Part shown: piece after piece, positions 53,227 to 62,570 of the stretch
How the letters are laid out: each line of letters begins with the position of its first letter
Position numbering within the stretch: the first letter of the stretch is position 1
DNA from: Candidatus Latescibacterota bacterium
GTDB lineage: Bacteria; Latescibacterota; UBA2968; UBA8231
NCBI GenBank assembly: GCA_965248355.1
Contig: OZ252098.1
Span: 1,056,001 to 1,120,000, forward strand
Direction of reading: 5' to 3'
DNA: 64,000 bases
The notes under the pieces: model-generated
Database searches by the model: none
The model's input: the letters and a program-made list of their open reading frames with translations, nothing else
Told to the model about the DNA's origin: nothing
Position numbers and translations under genes: made by a program

Positions 53227-55464
53227 TCAGCGAGATCGACGGTCGGCCACCCGCCTGCGACGGGCTCCTCCGGCCGATCGCCGGCCCTGGCGCGCGGCCC
53301 TGGCGGAGGCGCGGCGATCGGCACGGCCTCGCGGCCGATCCTTCCGCGAGCGCTTCGCGGCGGCGCCCCCTCTGACGCCGACGAGCACCAGGTCCATCCG
53401 CCGCGAGACGGGCTCGACACGTACTACCCGGACCCGTACCAGCGTTCCCATCGCAAAGACGACCCCGGTGCGCAGGCCGCGAAGACGGTGGCGGAACTCG
53501 TCGAATTCGTAGTCGTCGTCCTCGAGCAACCGCCGGGGGCAGAACCCCTCTACCAGCCACCCTTCGAGCTCGACGAAGAGGCCGGCCCCGACCACGCCCG
53601 ACACGATTCCGTCCACCTCCTCCCCCAGACGCCGGGCCATGAACCGCAGCTGCTTGATCCGCCGGTAGTCCCGTTCGGCGCCCTCCGCCCGGCGCTCGCA
53701 GTGGCTCGTCCACTCGGCGAGCCACTCGAGGTCGTCCTCGTCCGCTGCCTCGGCCCCGAGGAGGTGATCCCTCAAGAGGCGGTGGGCGAGGAGATCGGGA
53801 TAGCGCCGGATCGGAGAGGTGAAATGGAGATACGGTTCACAGGAGAGACCGAAATGGGCGCTGGCGGCGGCGGCGTATCGAGCTCGCATCATGGCCCGCA
53901 GCATGAGCTGCCGGAGCAGCGCCGAGTCAGGCCGGCCCTCCAAGGCCTCGAGGGTTCGCTGCAGCTGGCCGCTGTTCACGCCCTCCGAGGGGGGCAGCCG
54001 CCGGCCCAGGGACCCGGCCAGCAGGCGGAAGCGGTCCATCTTCTCCGGGTCCGGGGAATCGTGGATTCTGTAGAGCACGGAAAGCCCGGCTTCGAGGGCC
54101 TTCGAAGCCACCGCCTCGTTGGCGGCGAGCATGCACTCCTCCACGAACTGATGGCCGCGTCCGCGGAGGGCGGCAGCAAGGCGGACCGGCACGCCGTCGC
54201 CGCCGACGTCGACGACCGGTTCGGGCAGGTCGAAATCGATCGCCCCGCGATCCAGTCTCCGGGTGCGCAGGCGCTGGCCGAGATCGGACATCTCCGTCAG
54301 GAGGTCCCTGTGGTTTGCGGCGTCGCCGGGCCCCGGGCCTTCCTCGAGGGCGGCCTCGACCTGCGCGTAGGTCAGCCGCGCGGCGGACCGGATCACGGAG
54401 AGACCGAAGCGGCTCTCCAGAACTCGTCCGGCTCCATCGATATCGAGGAAAACGCTGACGGCCAACCGGTCTCGGCCGGGAGCCAGGGTGCACAGACCGG
54501 TCGCCAGCCCGGGCGGGAGCATGTGGATGACGCGATCGAGGAGATAGACGCTTGTCCCGCGCTCGCGGGCCTGTCGATCGACGGCGCATCCGCTGGGGAC
54601 GTAGTGGGCCACGTCCGCAATGTGAACACCGAGGCGCTGGCGGCCGTCCAGAAGGGACTCGAGGGAGAGGGCATCGTCGAAGTCGCGCGCCTCCTCGGGG
54701 TCCACCGTCAGGACCGTCAGCTCCCGCAGGTCGAGACGCCGCTCCAGTTCCCCTTCGCGATCAGCCTCCGCCCCGGCCAGGAGGGCGCCCACCTCGGCCT
54801 CCGCCTGTGGGTCCTCTTCCATCGGGATTCCGAGGGCCCAGGTCGAGGCGGCGAAATCGTGCTGGGGATCCTCGGGATCTCCGATCACGCGGCTCAGGCG
54901 TCCCCGGGGGGACCGCCTTGGTGCGGCCTCCAACTCCACCAGGACGAGATCCCCCTCACGAGGGGGGTTGGCCGGGGACTCGTCGAGAAAGACCAGCGAA
55001 TCGGCGGTGGCGACCGCACCGTGGCGTCCTCGGCGACGAAAGAGGCCCAGGCTCTGCCGCGGGACTCGCGCTCGAGTGCCCACGATGCGGCCGTGAGGAA
55101 GTCTCTCCCCGCCGTCTCCCCCCTCCGTGATCTCCACCTCCACCCAATCTCCGTCGACGGCCTCGGACAGGGCTCCGGCGGGGACGAACAGGTCCGGCTC
55201 GGCGCCGCTGCGGGACACGAGCCCGAAGCCCCGCGGGTGGATCCGGAGGCGTCCCCAGGCCCTTTGCACGGTGCTGGCCAGGGTGTAGCGCTGGCGGCCG
55301 ACCCGCCTCACCACGCCTTCCTTCTCCAGATCACGCATGGCCATGCGGAAAGGGCGGTACTCGGAGCTGTCGACGCCGAGGCTGCGGGCGAGATCCTTCA
55401 GCTTGGCAGGCCGGTAGTCCTCCCCCGAGAGGAGGGCGAGAATCCGCTCCCGGGCGGGAATCAC
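53227..55464 (-). CDS. rnr: Ribonuclease R
   Basis: HTH N-terminus, HPRGFG, DPEEARDFDDALS, HFTSPIRRYPD, S1 domain, basic tail. Confidence 0.95.
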   Translation of the reverse strand: MIPARERILALLSGEDYRPAKLKDLARSLGVDSSEYRPFRMAMRDLEKEGVVRRVGRQRYTLASTVQRAWGRLRIHPRGFGLVSRSGAEPDLFVPAGALSEAVDGDWVEVEITEGGDGGERLPHGRIVGTRARVPRQSLGLFRRRGRHGAVATADSLVFLDESPANPPREGDLVLVELEAAPRRSPRGRLSRVIGDPEDPQHDFAASTWALGIPMEEDPQAEAEVGALLAGAEADREGELERRLDLRELTVLTVDPEEARDFDDALSLESLLDGRQRLGVHIADVAHYVPSGCAVDRQARERGTSVYLLDRVIHMLPPGLATGLCTLAPGRDRLAVSVFLDIDGAGRVLESRFGLSVIRSAARLTYAQVEAALEEGPGPGDAANHRDLLTEMSDLGQRLRTRRLDRGAIDFDLPEPVVDVGGDGVPVRLAAALRGRGHQFVEECMLAANEAVASKALEAGLSVLYRIHDSPDPEKMDRFRLLAGSLGRRLPPSEGVNSGQLQRTLEALEGRPDSALLRQLMLRAMMRARYAAAASAHFGLSCEPYLHFTSPIRRYPDLLAHRLLRDHLLGAEAADEDDLEWLAEWTSHCERRAEGAERDYRRIKQLRFMARRLGEEVDGIVSGVVGAGLFVELEGWLVEGFCPRRLLEDDDYEFDEFRHRLRGLRTGVVFAMGTLVRVRVVRVEPVSRRMDLVLVGVRGGAAAKRSRKDRPRGRADRRASARAARQGRRSAGGARRRRVADRRSR

Positions 55465-55564
55465 GGGAGACGCAATCCCGGGGAGTAAAGCAAGAGGGCG
55501 GCCCGAACCACCCGGGCCGCCCTCAGGGTGCGTCTGCGCGCCGCGGCGGCGCCGCAACAGGCCT

Positions 55565-56026
55565 TCAATCCTGGCCGGGCCAGGCCAAGCCGGTCTCGCC
55601 GGTCCGGTCTTCTTCCGCCCAGAGCTTGTCCAGATTTTCCACGTGCACCGTGTAGCCTTCCTCGATCAGATCGATCTGGCGCAGGCCGCTGATGGTGAAG
55701 GTCGGGAAATCCGGCTCCACAAGCTTGGTCAACGAGGACTGCAGAGCCCGTTTCAGTGCGTTGTGCCCGGCCTTGATGAACTTGTCCTTCGTGTGCCCGA
55801 AGGCCTCCATGTCGGCCAGATAGGACTTGATCGTCTCTCGCAGTCCGGCCGCCTTGCTCGCCTGGTCCGACTTCAGATGGAAGCGATATTCGACAAGCTT
55901 CTTGTTGTATTTGTCCATCTGCCTCAGCTGCTCGACGTATGGTCCCAATTCGTCGACTTGCTCGCCGCATCCCGCCACGGCGGCGGCCACGAGGAACACC
56001 CTTGCTGCTGCGCCTGCGGAGCTCAT
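55565..56026 (-). CDS. Hypothetical helical lipoprotein
   Basis: Lipobox VAGC; coding-like composition. Confidence 0.7.
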   Translation of the reverse strand: MSSAGAAARVFLVAAAVAGCGEQVDELGPYVEQLRQMDKYNKKLVEYRFHLKSDQASKAAGLRETIKSYLADMEAFGHTKDKFIKAGHNALKRALQSSLTKLVEPDFPTFTISGLRQIDLIEEGYTVHVENLDKLWAEEDRTGETGLAWPGQD

Positions 56027-56214
56027 CGGTCTGGCCTCCAGTTCGGGTGAGTGGACCTCGGCGGAAGCGGCAGCTACCCCGGTGGATGCCCCGAAGCCTC
56101 CGGCCGCCAAGCTCCACATCGGCAGAAACAGGAGACTTCGGGACAACGCGTCAAGCGGGAAGCGGACCTGCAGGTCGGGTGTGGGCGGGCCTCGAGTCAA
56201 GCCTCGGACGGCCA

Positions 56215-57000
56215 TCACTCCCGGAGGTGACCGAGGATTTCCCCGTGGAGGTGGCCGTTCGTCGAGACCGCGTCGCCCCCGTGGATCGTCCGGTTCCCCC
56301 GCCAGTCGGAGAAGGAGCCGCCCGCTTCCTCCAGAATAACCGGAAGAGGTCCGCAGTCCCAGGGGCCGATGATCGGATCGAGCATCGCTTCGGCGCGGCC
56401 CGTGGCCACGAGGAGGTGTCCGTAACAGTCCCCCCAGCCCCGCTCGATGCGCGCCCGGGACGAGAGGTCCTCCCAGGCACGCTGACGACCGCATTCGGCA
56501 AAGCTCCGGGACGAGGTGAAGCAGATCGATGCCTCGGCCAGCTGATCGACTGTGGAGACCCGCGCATGGCGGCCGTTCCAGAAGCAGCCCTCGCCCCGAG
56601 CCGCGCATATCAATTCGTCAAGGGCGGGAAGGTAGACAGCGCCCGCCAGGCAGGTGTCGGCCGGCCCGGCCAGGCCGACCAGGACGCCGTACAAAGGTAC
56701 CCCTGCGACGAAGGACTTCGTGCCGTCGATGGGGTCGACGTACCAGCTTCGACCCGACCTGGACTCGACGGGCTCGAATTCCTCGCCCACTATGCCGTCG
56801 TCCGGATAGGCGGCCTGGAGTCCCTGGCGGATGAAGACCTCCGCCTCGCGGTCGGCTACCGTCACCGGCGACTCGTCCTCCTTCAACTCGACGACGACGC
56901 CGGTCTGATAGTGCCTCAAGGTCATTCGCCCCGCCGTCCAGGCGAGGTCGACGGCCACCTCCATCTCCGGGCGCCAGCTCCGGCTCATGGCCGGGATCAT
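56215..57000 (-). CDS. Inositol monophosphatase family / histidinol-phosphatase HisN-like
   Basis: SPVTVADRE, GEE, VDPIDGTKSF, WGDCYG, WD. Confidence 0.88.
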   Translation of the reverse strand: MIPAMSRSWRPEMEVAVDLAWTAGRMTLRHYQTGVVVELKEDESPVTVADREAEVFIRQGLQAAYPDDGIVGEEFEPVESRSGRSWYVDPIDGTKSFVAGVPLYGVLVGLAGPADTCLAGAVYLPALDELICAARGEGCFWNGRHARVSTVDQLAEASICFTSSRSFAECGRQRAWEDLSSRARIERGWGDCYGHLLVATGRAEAMLDPIIGPWDCGPLPVILEEAGGSFSDWRGNRTIHGGDAVSTNGHLHGEILGHLRE

Positions 57001-57149
57001 GCCCCCTCTTCCCGCCATCCCTCCTCGCCTGCCGCCGGCTGAGCGGAGGCGAGGACGGCCCTTACGCGATTTCGGAACAACTTGATCTTGTCTTCTACCT
57101 CCTCGATGGAACGCAGCAGTTGCTCCTCGACACCGGTGTCGGCTGACAC
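56997..57149 (-). CDS. Small coiled-coil protein (50 aa, absent from ORF track)
   Basis: SD GAGGAG, GTG start, MSADTGVEEQLLRSIEEVEDKIKLFRNRV...; ATGA overlap with the next gene. Confidence 0.6.
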   Translation of the reverse strand: MSADTGVEEQLLRSIEEVEDKIKLFRNRVRAVLASAQPAAGEEGWREEGA

Positions 57150-57283
57150 GGTTCCGTCTCCTCGTGGTGGACGTCGGGGAACGGTCGGGCGCCGTCCGTG
57201 TGCACGGCGGATGCCGACGGCAGGGAGGGTTGTGCGCTCGCGCAGCTCTCAACGGCCATGCCGCGCGAAGGGGATCCGGGCCG

Positions 57284-58144
57284 TCAGGCCCGGCTGTAGG
57301 TGCGCAACTGGTCGCAGCGGCTGGGGTGCCGCAGGCGATGCAGTGCCTTCTCCTTGATCTGGCGGACTCGCTCCCTCGTCAGATCGAAGCGGGCGCCGAT
57401 CTGATCGAGGGTCATGGGCTCCTCGCCGTCGAGACCGAAGTAGAGCCGCAGGATCTCCGCTTCGCGGCCGAGCAGGCTGCCCAGGGCGCTGTCGATCTGG
57501 CCCCGAAGACACCCTTTCATCACCTCGATCTCCGGCGACTCCTGGCGATCGTCGGGAAGCACATCAAGGAGGCTGTGCTCCTCTTCCTCGCGGAAGGTCG
57601 CATCGAGAGACCGCACCCGGCGTCCGCAGAGGATCGTCTCCTTCACCTCCTCCACCGGGACGTTCAACTCGGCGGCGATGTCCTCGGGATCCGGCGCGTC
57701 GGCACGCTGCTGCATGAGCTGGCGCGAGGCTTTGGAGATCTTGTAGAGCAGGCCGATCTTGTTGAGGGGCATGCGGACGGTGCGCGCCTGCTCGGCGAGG
57801 GTCTGCAGGATCGCCTGGCGAATCCACCAGACCGCGTAGGAGATGAACTTGAACCCCTTCTCCTCGTCGAAGCGCTCGGCCGCGGTGATCAGACCCATGT
57901 TGCCCGCGCTGATCAGATCGGCCAGGGGCACGCCACGATTCTGATACTCCTTGGCCACGCTGACGACGAAGCGCAGATTGGCTTCGACGAGCGTGTTGCG
58001 CGCTCTCTCGTCGCCGGCCTTGATCTTGCGAGCCAGCGCCACCTCCTCGACGGCGGATAGCGGCTTGGAGTTGGAGATCTCCCCGAGATAGCTGCCGAGG
58101 GAGTCCTCCATGTCCCAGAACGAAGCCTTCGCTTGCTCGGCCAT
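57284..58144 (-). CDS. RpoD/SigA-family sigma70 factor lacking region 1.1
   Basis: SYLGEI, ANLRFVVSVAK, GFKFISYAVWWIRQAI, LTRERVRQIKEKAL. Confidence 0.95.
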   Translation of the reverse strand: MAEQAKASFWDMEDSLGSYLGEISNSKPLSAVEEVALARKIKAGDERARNTLVEANLRFVVSVAKEYQNRGVPLADLISAGNMGLITAAERFDEEKGFKFISYAVWWIRQAILQTLAEQARTVRMPLNKIGLLYKISKASRQLMQQRADAPDPEDIAAELNVPVEEVKETILCGRRVRSLDATFREEEEHSLLDVLPDDRQESPEIEVMKGCLRGQIDSALGSLLGREAEILRLYFGLDGEEPMTLDQIGARFDLTRERVRQIKEKALHRLRHPSRCDQLRTYSRA

Positions 58145-58212
58145 CCTCGCCTTTGCCCTGACGCCGTCCCGATGGCGGCCGGACCCGGGTGCGATACCGG
58201 TGCTGCGGCCCA

Positions 58213-58242
58213 AAACTAAGCGGCGTCGCGAGAGACTGTCAA
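58213..58242 (-). promoter_or_regulatory. Sigma70 promoter for the sigma factor gene
   Basis: TTGACA-18 bp-TAGTTT. Confidence 0.55.
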
Positions 58243-58281
58243 GCTGCCCCGAGGCCCGGGCCAACAGCCTGCTGAGATGGC

Positions 58282-59013
58282 TCAGGATCCTCCCAGGATC
58301 TGGTTCTGCGCCTCTGCCAGTTGCTGGATTCCCGCCGCGGCGAGCTCGATCAAGCCGACGCACTCGTGGCGCTTCATCGGCGAACCCTCAGCCGTCGCCT
58401 GCACCTCGACGATCTCGCCGGCGGCCGTCATCACCGCGTTCAGGTCCGTCTCGGCGGCCGAATCCTCTGTATAGCACAGATCCAGCATCGGAGAGCCGCG
58501 AACGATCCCGGCGCTCACGGCCGCCACCTGGTTCACTACGGGATCCCGGGTCAACGCGCCGTCTGCCTGCCATCGCCGGACCGCCAGCCTCAGGGCCACG
58601 AAGGCCCCCGTGACCGCGGCGGTGCGGGTCCCCCCATCCGCCTGCAGCACGTCGCAGTCGACGTAGACCGTGCGCTCCCCGAGGCCCGACAGGTCGACGG
58701 CGGCTCGCAGAGACCGCCCGATCAGCCGCTGGATCTCGCGGGCGCGGCTGTTGGGCCGGCCGGTGGAAGACTCCCGGGTGACCCGCTGCGGCGACGAGCC
58801 CGGCAGCATGGCGTATTCGGCGGTCAGCCAGCCCTTGCCCCTCCCCACGAGGAAGGCCGGGACGCGATCCTCGAGGGAGACCGTGCACATCACCCGGGTC
58901 CGGCCCATCTCCATCAGCACGGCTCCGGGCGCCGTGTCGACGAATCCGGGGGTGATGCGCACCGGACGCAGCTGATCCAGCGCCCGACCGTCAGCTCTTG
59001 CAGAAGCGGTCAT
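58282..59013 (-). CDS. rph: Ribonuclease PH
   Basis: GWLTAEYAMLP, EIQRLIGRSLR, DVLQADGGTRTA, LDLCYTEDS. Confidence 0.97.
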   Translation of the reverse strand: MTASARADGRALDQLRPVRITPGFVDTAPGAVLMEMGRTRVMCTVSLEDRVPAFLVGRGKGWLTAEYAMLPGSSPQRVTRESSTGRPNSRAREIQRLIGRSLRAAVDLSGLGERTVYVDCDVLQADGGTRTAAVTGAFVALRLAVRRWQADGALTRDPVVNQVAAVSAGIVRGSPMLDLCYTEDSAAETDLNAVMTAAGEIVEVQATAEGSPMKRHECVGLIELAAAGIQQLAEAQNQILGGS

Positions 59014-59831
59014 GACTCCAGGTAGGCACGGTAGTCCTGCCCCCCCATGTCGACGACGTAGCACATCTCCACCAGGCGCGACAGGATCCGCCCGCCGGAG
59101 AGCTCTTCCATCTCCTGTCGGGACTGGTTCGTGGTCACGATGGTGAAGCGCTCCTCCCCGTACCGGGCGTCGACGAGATCGTACAGCATCTCGCTCTCCC
59201 ACTCGGTCCCACGCTCCACGCCGAAGTCATCGAGCACGAGGTAGGGGATATTGCATAGCTCCTCGAGGATCTTCCAGGTGCGGCCGTAGTGCTCGCTGTC
59301 CTGGGAGTAGGTGGAGCGCAACTTGTGGAACATGCGCGACAGGTTGACGAAGCGTCCGGAACGCGCTCGGCGGAGCACTACCTCGTTGAGCAGGATACAG
59401 GCCAGCAGGCTCTTGCCCGTTCCGGCCGAGCCGTGAAACAGATAGCCCCGCTGTGGATTGCGGTCGTCGTCGACCAGGGCGGTCATGTACTCGAGGACCG
59501 GCCGAACACGGCCTTCGACCTGCAGGGCGGAGCCGTCGGGGGCCGCGGACCTGAAATCGCCGCGGAACTTGTAGCGGAAACGCGTCGGCACGTCGGCCTC
59601 GCTGAACAGGCTCTTGACCCGCGCCAGTCGGCGGCGGGAGGTGTGGCACGGGCACCACCGGCGTTGGGAGTCCTCGTCCCAGAACTGGTAGGGCGGGCGC
59701 CCCTCGCAGCGGCACTTGGCGGCGATGCACGGACACAGGTCCAAGTGTCCGAACCGGCCGACCTCGACCCTCCCGTCGTAGCGCACCCCATGTCCGCCGC
59801 AGGAGGAGCACGGCTCGTGGGACTCGGTCAT
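59010..59831 (-). CDS. DnaC/DnaI/IstB-like AAA+ ATPase with Cys-rich N-terminus
   Basis: CSSC, CPC, CRC, CPCH; GSAGTGKS; LVLDDFG; TTN; RILSRL. Confidence 0.88.
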   Translation of the reverse strand: MTESHEPCSSCGGHGVRYDGRVEVGRFGHLDLCPCIAAKCRCEGRPPYQFWDEDSQRRWCPCHTSRRRLARVKSLFSEADVPTRFRYKFRGDFRSAAPDGSALQVEGRVRPVLEYMTALVDDDRNPQRGYLFHGSAGTGKSLLACILLNEVVLRRARSGRFVNLSRMFHKLRSTYSQDSEHYGRTWKILEELCNIPYLVLDDFGVERGTEWESEMLYDLVDARYGEERFTIVTTNQSRQEMEELSGGRILSRLVEMCYVVDMGGQDYRAYLES

Positions 59832-60319
59832 CCTCGGTCTCTTGCGGCCAGAGCCCGGTCGATGGCGAGGTCCGCGTCCCGTCTGGCGACCTCCCGGCGC
59901 CGATCGTACTGACGCTTTCCGCGGACCACCGCGACCTCGACCTTGGCCAGACCCCGCTCGAAGAACAGGCGCAGGGGGATCATGGTGAGCCCCTTCTCCT
60001 CGGTGCGCCCCCTCAGCCGGCGGATCTCCGCCCGGTGGAGGAGCAGCTTCCGGGATCGCCGAGGATCGTGGTTGGCGTGATTGCCGCCGGCGTAGGGCTC
60101 GATGCGGACGCCGTGCAGGAAGACCTCGCCGTTCTCGATGCGGGCGTACCCATCGGTCAGGTTGGCGCCCCCGGCGCGCAGGGACTTGACCTCCGTCCCG
60201 AGGAGGGCGATTCCCGCCACGACGGTGCCGAGGATCTCGTAGTCGTGCCGCGCGCGGCGGTTCCTCGCCACCTGCTGAGGGCCCCCTGCCGGGGAGGTGC
60301 GATCCTCCCTGTCCGCCAT
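59828..60319 (-). CDS. smpB: SsrA-binding protein
   Basis: NRRARHDY, GTEVKSLR, RKLLLH, GKRQYDRR. Confidence 0.97.
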   Translation of the reverse strand: MADREDRTSPAGGPQQVARNRRARHDYEILGTVVAGIALLGTEVKSLRAGGANLTDGYARIENGEVFLHGVRIEPYAGGNHANHDPRRSRKLLLHRAEIRRLRGRTEEKGLTMIPLRLFFERGLAKVEVAVVRGKRQYDRRREVARRDADLAIDRALAARDRG

Positions 60320-60410
60320 CTCATCTCTCCTTGACGGGAATGGCGCGAGATCTAAGTTACCGTGGCTCCCGTGCGGAGTGATCTGGCGGGGTGACCCCTC
60401 GCCACCACTT

Positions 60411-60497
60411 GCCGATGTGGCGAAATTGGTAGACGCGCTGCGTTCAGGGCGCAGTGGGGATTTCCCCGTGGGGGTTCGAGTCCCTCCATCGGCACCA
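60411..60497 (+). tRNA. tRNA-Leu (CAG)
   Basis: Acceptor stem GCCGATG/CATCGGC-ACCA; anticodon stem CTGCG-TTCAGGG-CGCAG; long variable arm; GGTTCGAGTCC T arm. Confidence 0.97.
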
Positions 60498-60507
60498 GGA
60501 ATCGAAC

Positions 60508-60543
60508 AAGCGGCGGTCCTCCACGGGGCCGCCGCTTTTCTTT
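60508..60543 (+). terminator. Rho-independent terminator after tRNA
   Basis: AAGCGGCGGTCC...GGGCCGCCGCTT followed by TTCTTT. Confidence 0.85.
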
Positions 60544-60671
60544 CGGGGCTCGACAATCTAGGAATCCGATCCCGAAGCGCAAGGGACCCACGATTCCTGA
60601 GAGTCCGTTAGTCGATTGTTCCCCAATATGTTGCACACTCTACCTGCCTCGAATCAGAAAGGATGAGAGCC

Positions 60672-61049
60672 ATGGCCAAGCTGCTGCACACCCGCGTCCG
60701 GGTCAACGATCTCGATCGGTCCATCGACTGGTATTGCGGGCACCTGGGGTTCCAGGTGCTCAGCCGGACGGACAGGTCCCCGGCGGGCAATCACATCGCC
60801 CACCTCGAGCTGCCGGGAAACGACCATACCCTCGAGTTCACCTGGTCCCCGGAGTTTGAGTTGAAGGTGCCCGAGGACCTGCTTCACTTCGCCATCGGCG
60901 TGCCGGATCTGATCGGCTTCTGCGACCAGCTCGAGAAGGACGGCATCGAGATCTGGCCTGGGGACTGGCGGGAGAGCTTTCCGAAGGGCAGGAAGATGGC
61001 CTTCATCGACGATCCGGACGGATACGAGATCGAGCTGCTCGAGCGCTGA
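60672..61049 (+). CDS. VOC / lactoylglutathione lyase family protein
   Basis: LLHTRVRVNDLDRSIDWY, LEFT, HFAI, FIDDPDGYEIEL. Confidence 0.92.
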   Translation: MAKLLHTRVRVNDLDRSIDWYCGHLGFQVLSRTDRSPAGNHIAHLELPGNDHTLEFTWSPEFELKVPEDLLHFAIGVPDLIGFCDQLEKDGIEIWPGDWRESFPKGRKMAFIDDPDGYEIELLER

Positions 61050-61085
61050 CGCCAAGAGCCGCGGCGGACGGGGCCGCGGGGACCC

Positions 61086-62570
61086 TCAGCTCCCTGAGCC
61101 GCCACCCCGCCGGTCCGCCTCCGGGTACCGGGAGAGGATGAAGTCTCGCGCGGTGCGGCCTCCTACGAGGTCGTGGTTGTTCCTCAGGCACCAGACCCGG
61201 AAGGCGTCGAGCAGGCGACCCTCCTGCTCGGCGACGCCCGCCCGGCGGGCGTAGTCGAGCAGGATCGACTCGTACTGGCTCCTGGTGGGGAGATCGAGAA
61301 AGACCTTGAGGGCGAAGCGATCGTCCAGGGCGCGCCGCTCGTCGAGGCGTTGAAAGGCCTGGGGATCGTAGGGACCCGGTCCGGGCCTCGGAACCGTCGT
61401 CCGCCGGTCCACCGGGACATCCTCCGCCGGCAGAGGAGGCGGCCCCTGAGGCCGCTCCCCTTCACGGTCGATCAGGTCCTTGAAGTTCGAGGTAGCGTAG
61501 AAGACGAGGTTGTCGGGGACCTGCTCGAGGCCGCCGTCCAGGATGCTCGACAGGGCCCGGGCCGAAGAGGAGCGGCGGTCGAGACCGATGTTGTCAAGGA
61601 CGGCGATGAAGCGCTCCCTCCGGTCCCGCACGAGGGCGTACAGCCGCGTCAGGGACCCGTAGCTGGCGGCCGGGACCTCGACGCCCCGAAGCCCGTGTTC
61701 CCAGTACCGGGTGACGAGTCCACGGATCAGCGAGGACTTGCCGCACCCCCGCGGGCCCCAGATCAGAGCATTGTGTGCGCGGTACCCGTCCAGGAGATTG
61801 CGCGTGTTGTCCTCCAGGAGCCCGATGCGCTTCTCGTTGCCCGCCAGCCACCCGAGATCGAAGGCGTCGAAGTCGCGGATGGGTGTGAGTCCGGCCTGGC
61901 CACCGGTACCGGCTTCGAAGCGATAGGCGGGACAGGCCTGCTCCGCACCGAGGCCGAAGCGGTGGACCAGGTCGCCCAGCGAGCGGGCCAGCTCTTCCCA
62001 ATCGGGGGACGCGTGCTCGAAATCCCTGCGCAGCCGGCGGCGGGAGGCGGTGGCCGACCACGGCGGTGACCCCACGGCCCAGGGGTCGCGGTCGGCCCTT
62101 GGCGCTCTGGGGGCCGTGCCGTCGGCGATGAGCGCCTCCTCGCCCAGACAGGCGTCAACGGCATCGGCGATCGACTTCAGTTGGCGCAGATCTTCGGCCA
62201 TCCCGGCGGCGAAGACCGGGGGAACCCAATCCGGACCGAGGTGGGCCGCCCGGCGCAGATAGGGATGGGTGTCGTCGGAGCAGAGACGGTCGAAGATGTA
62301 CTGACCGAAAGATCCGGCCCGGGTCTCCGAACTCGTGCAGGCTTCGACGAGGCTCAGACGACTGGCGGCCAGGGGCCGATCTTCGCCACGGGCCGCTGCC
62401 TCGGCGTCGGCCCAGCGGGTCAGCAGGTCTGCAGCGGTCCGGGCCACGGCCGGCGGCAGGAGCGGCCAATCGGCCAGCAGAGCCTCCAGCCGGGCGAGCG
62501 CTGCCCGCGTCGAGTCCTCCGGGTCCCCTCCTGCCCGCGCGGGTCCGGGCTGGCAGCCGCCCCCCGTCAA
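61086..62570 (-). CDS. DUF815-family AAA+ ATPase
   Basis: NALIWGPRGCGKSSL, LDGGLE, FYATSN, ALDDRF, GRTARDF; TTG overlaps the cysS stop. Confidence 0.8.
   Translation of the reverse strand: MTGGGCQPGPARAGGDPEDSTRAALARLEALLADWPLLPPAVARTAADLLTRWADAEAAARGEDRPLAASRLSLVEACTSSETRAGSFGQYIFDRLCSDDTHPYLRRAAHLGPDWVPPVFAAGMAEDLRQLKSIADAVDACLGEEALIADGTAPRAPRADRDPWAVGSPPWSATASRRRLRRDFEHASPDWEELARSLGDLVHRFGLGAEQACPAYRFEAGTGGQAGLTPIRDFDAFDLGWLAGNEKRIGLLEDNTRNLLDGYRAHNALIWGPRGCGKSSLIRGLVTRYWEHGLRGVEVPAASYGSLTRLYALVRDRRERFIAVLDNIGLDRRSSSARALSSILDGGLEQVPDNLVFYATSNFKDLIDREGERPQGPPPLPAEDVPVDRRTTVPRPGPGPYDPQAFQRLDERRALDDRFALKVFLDLPTRSQYESILLDYARRAGVAEQEGRLLDAFRVWCLRNNHDLVGGRTARDFILSRYPEADRRGGGSGS

Noticed and set aside
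60411..60660. tRNA-Leu as an island integration site
   Set aside because: No adjacent integrase and no duplicated tRNA 3' end seen in the window.
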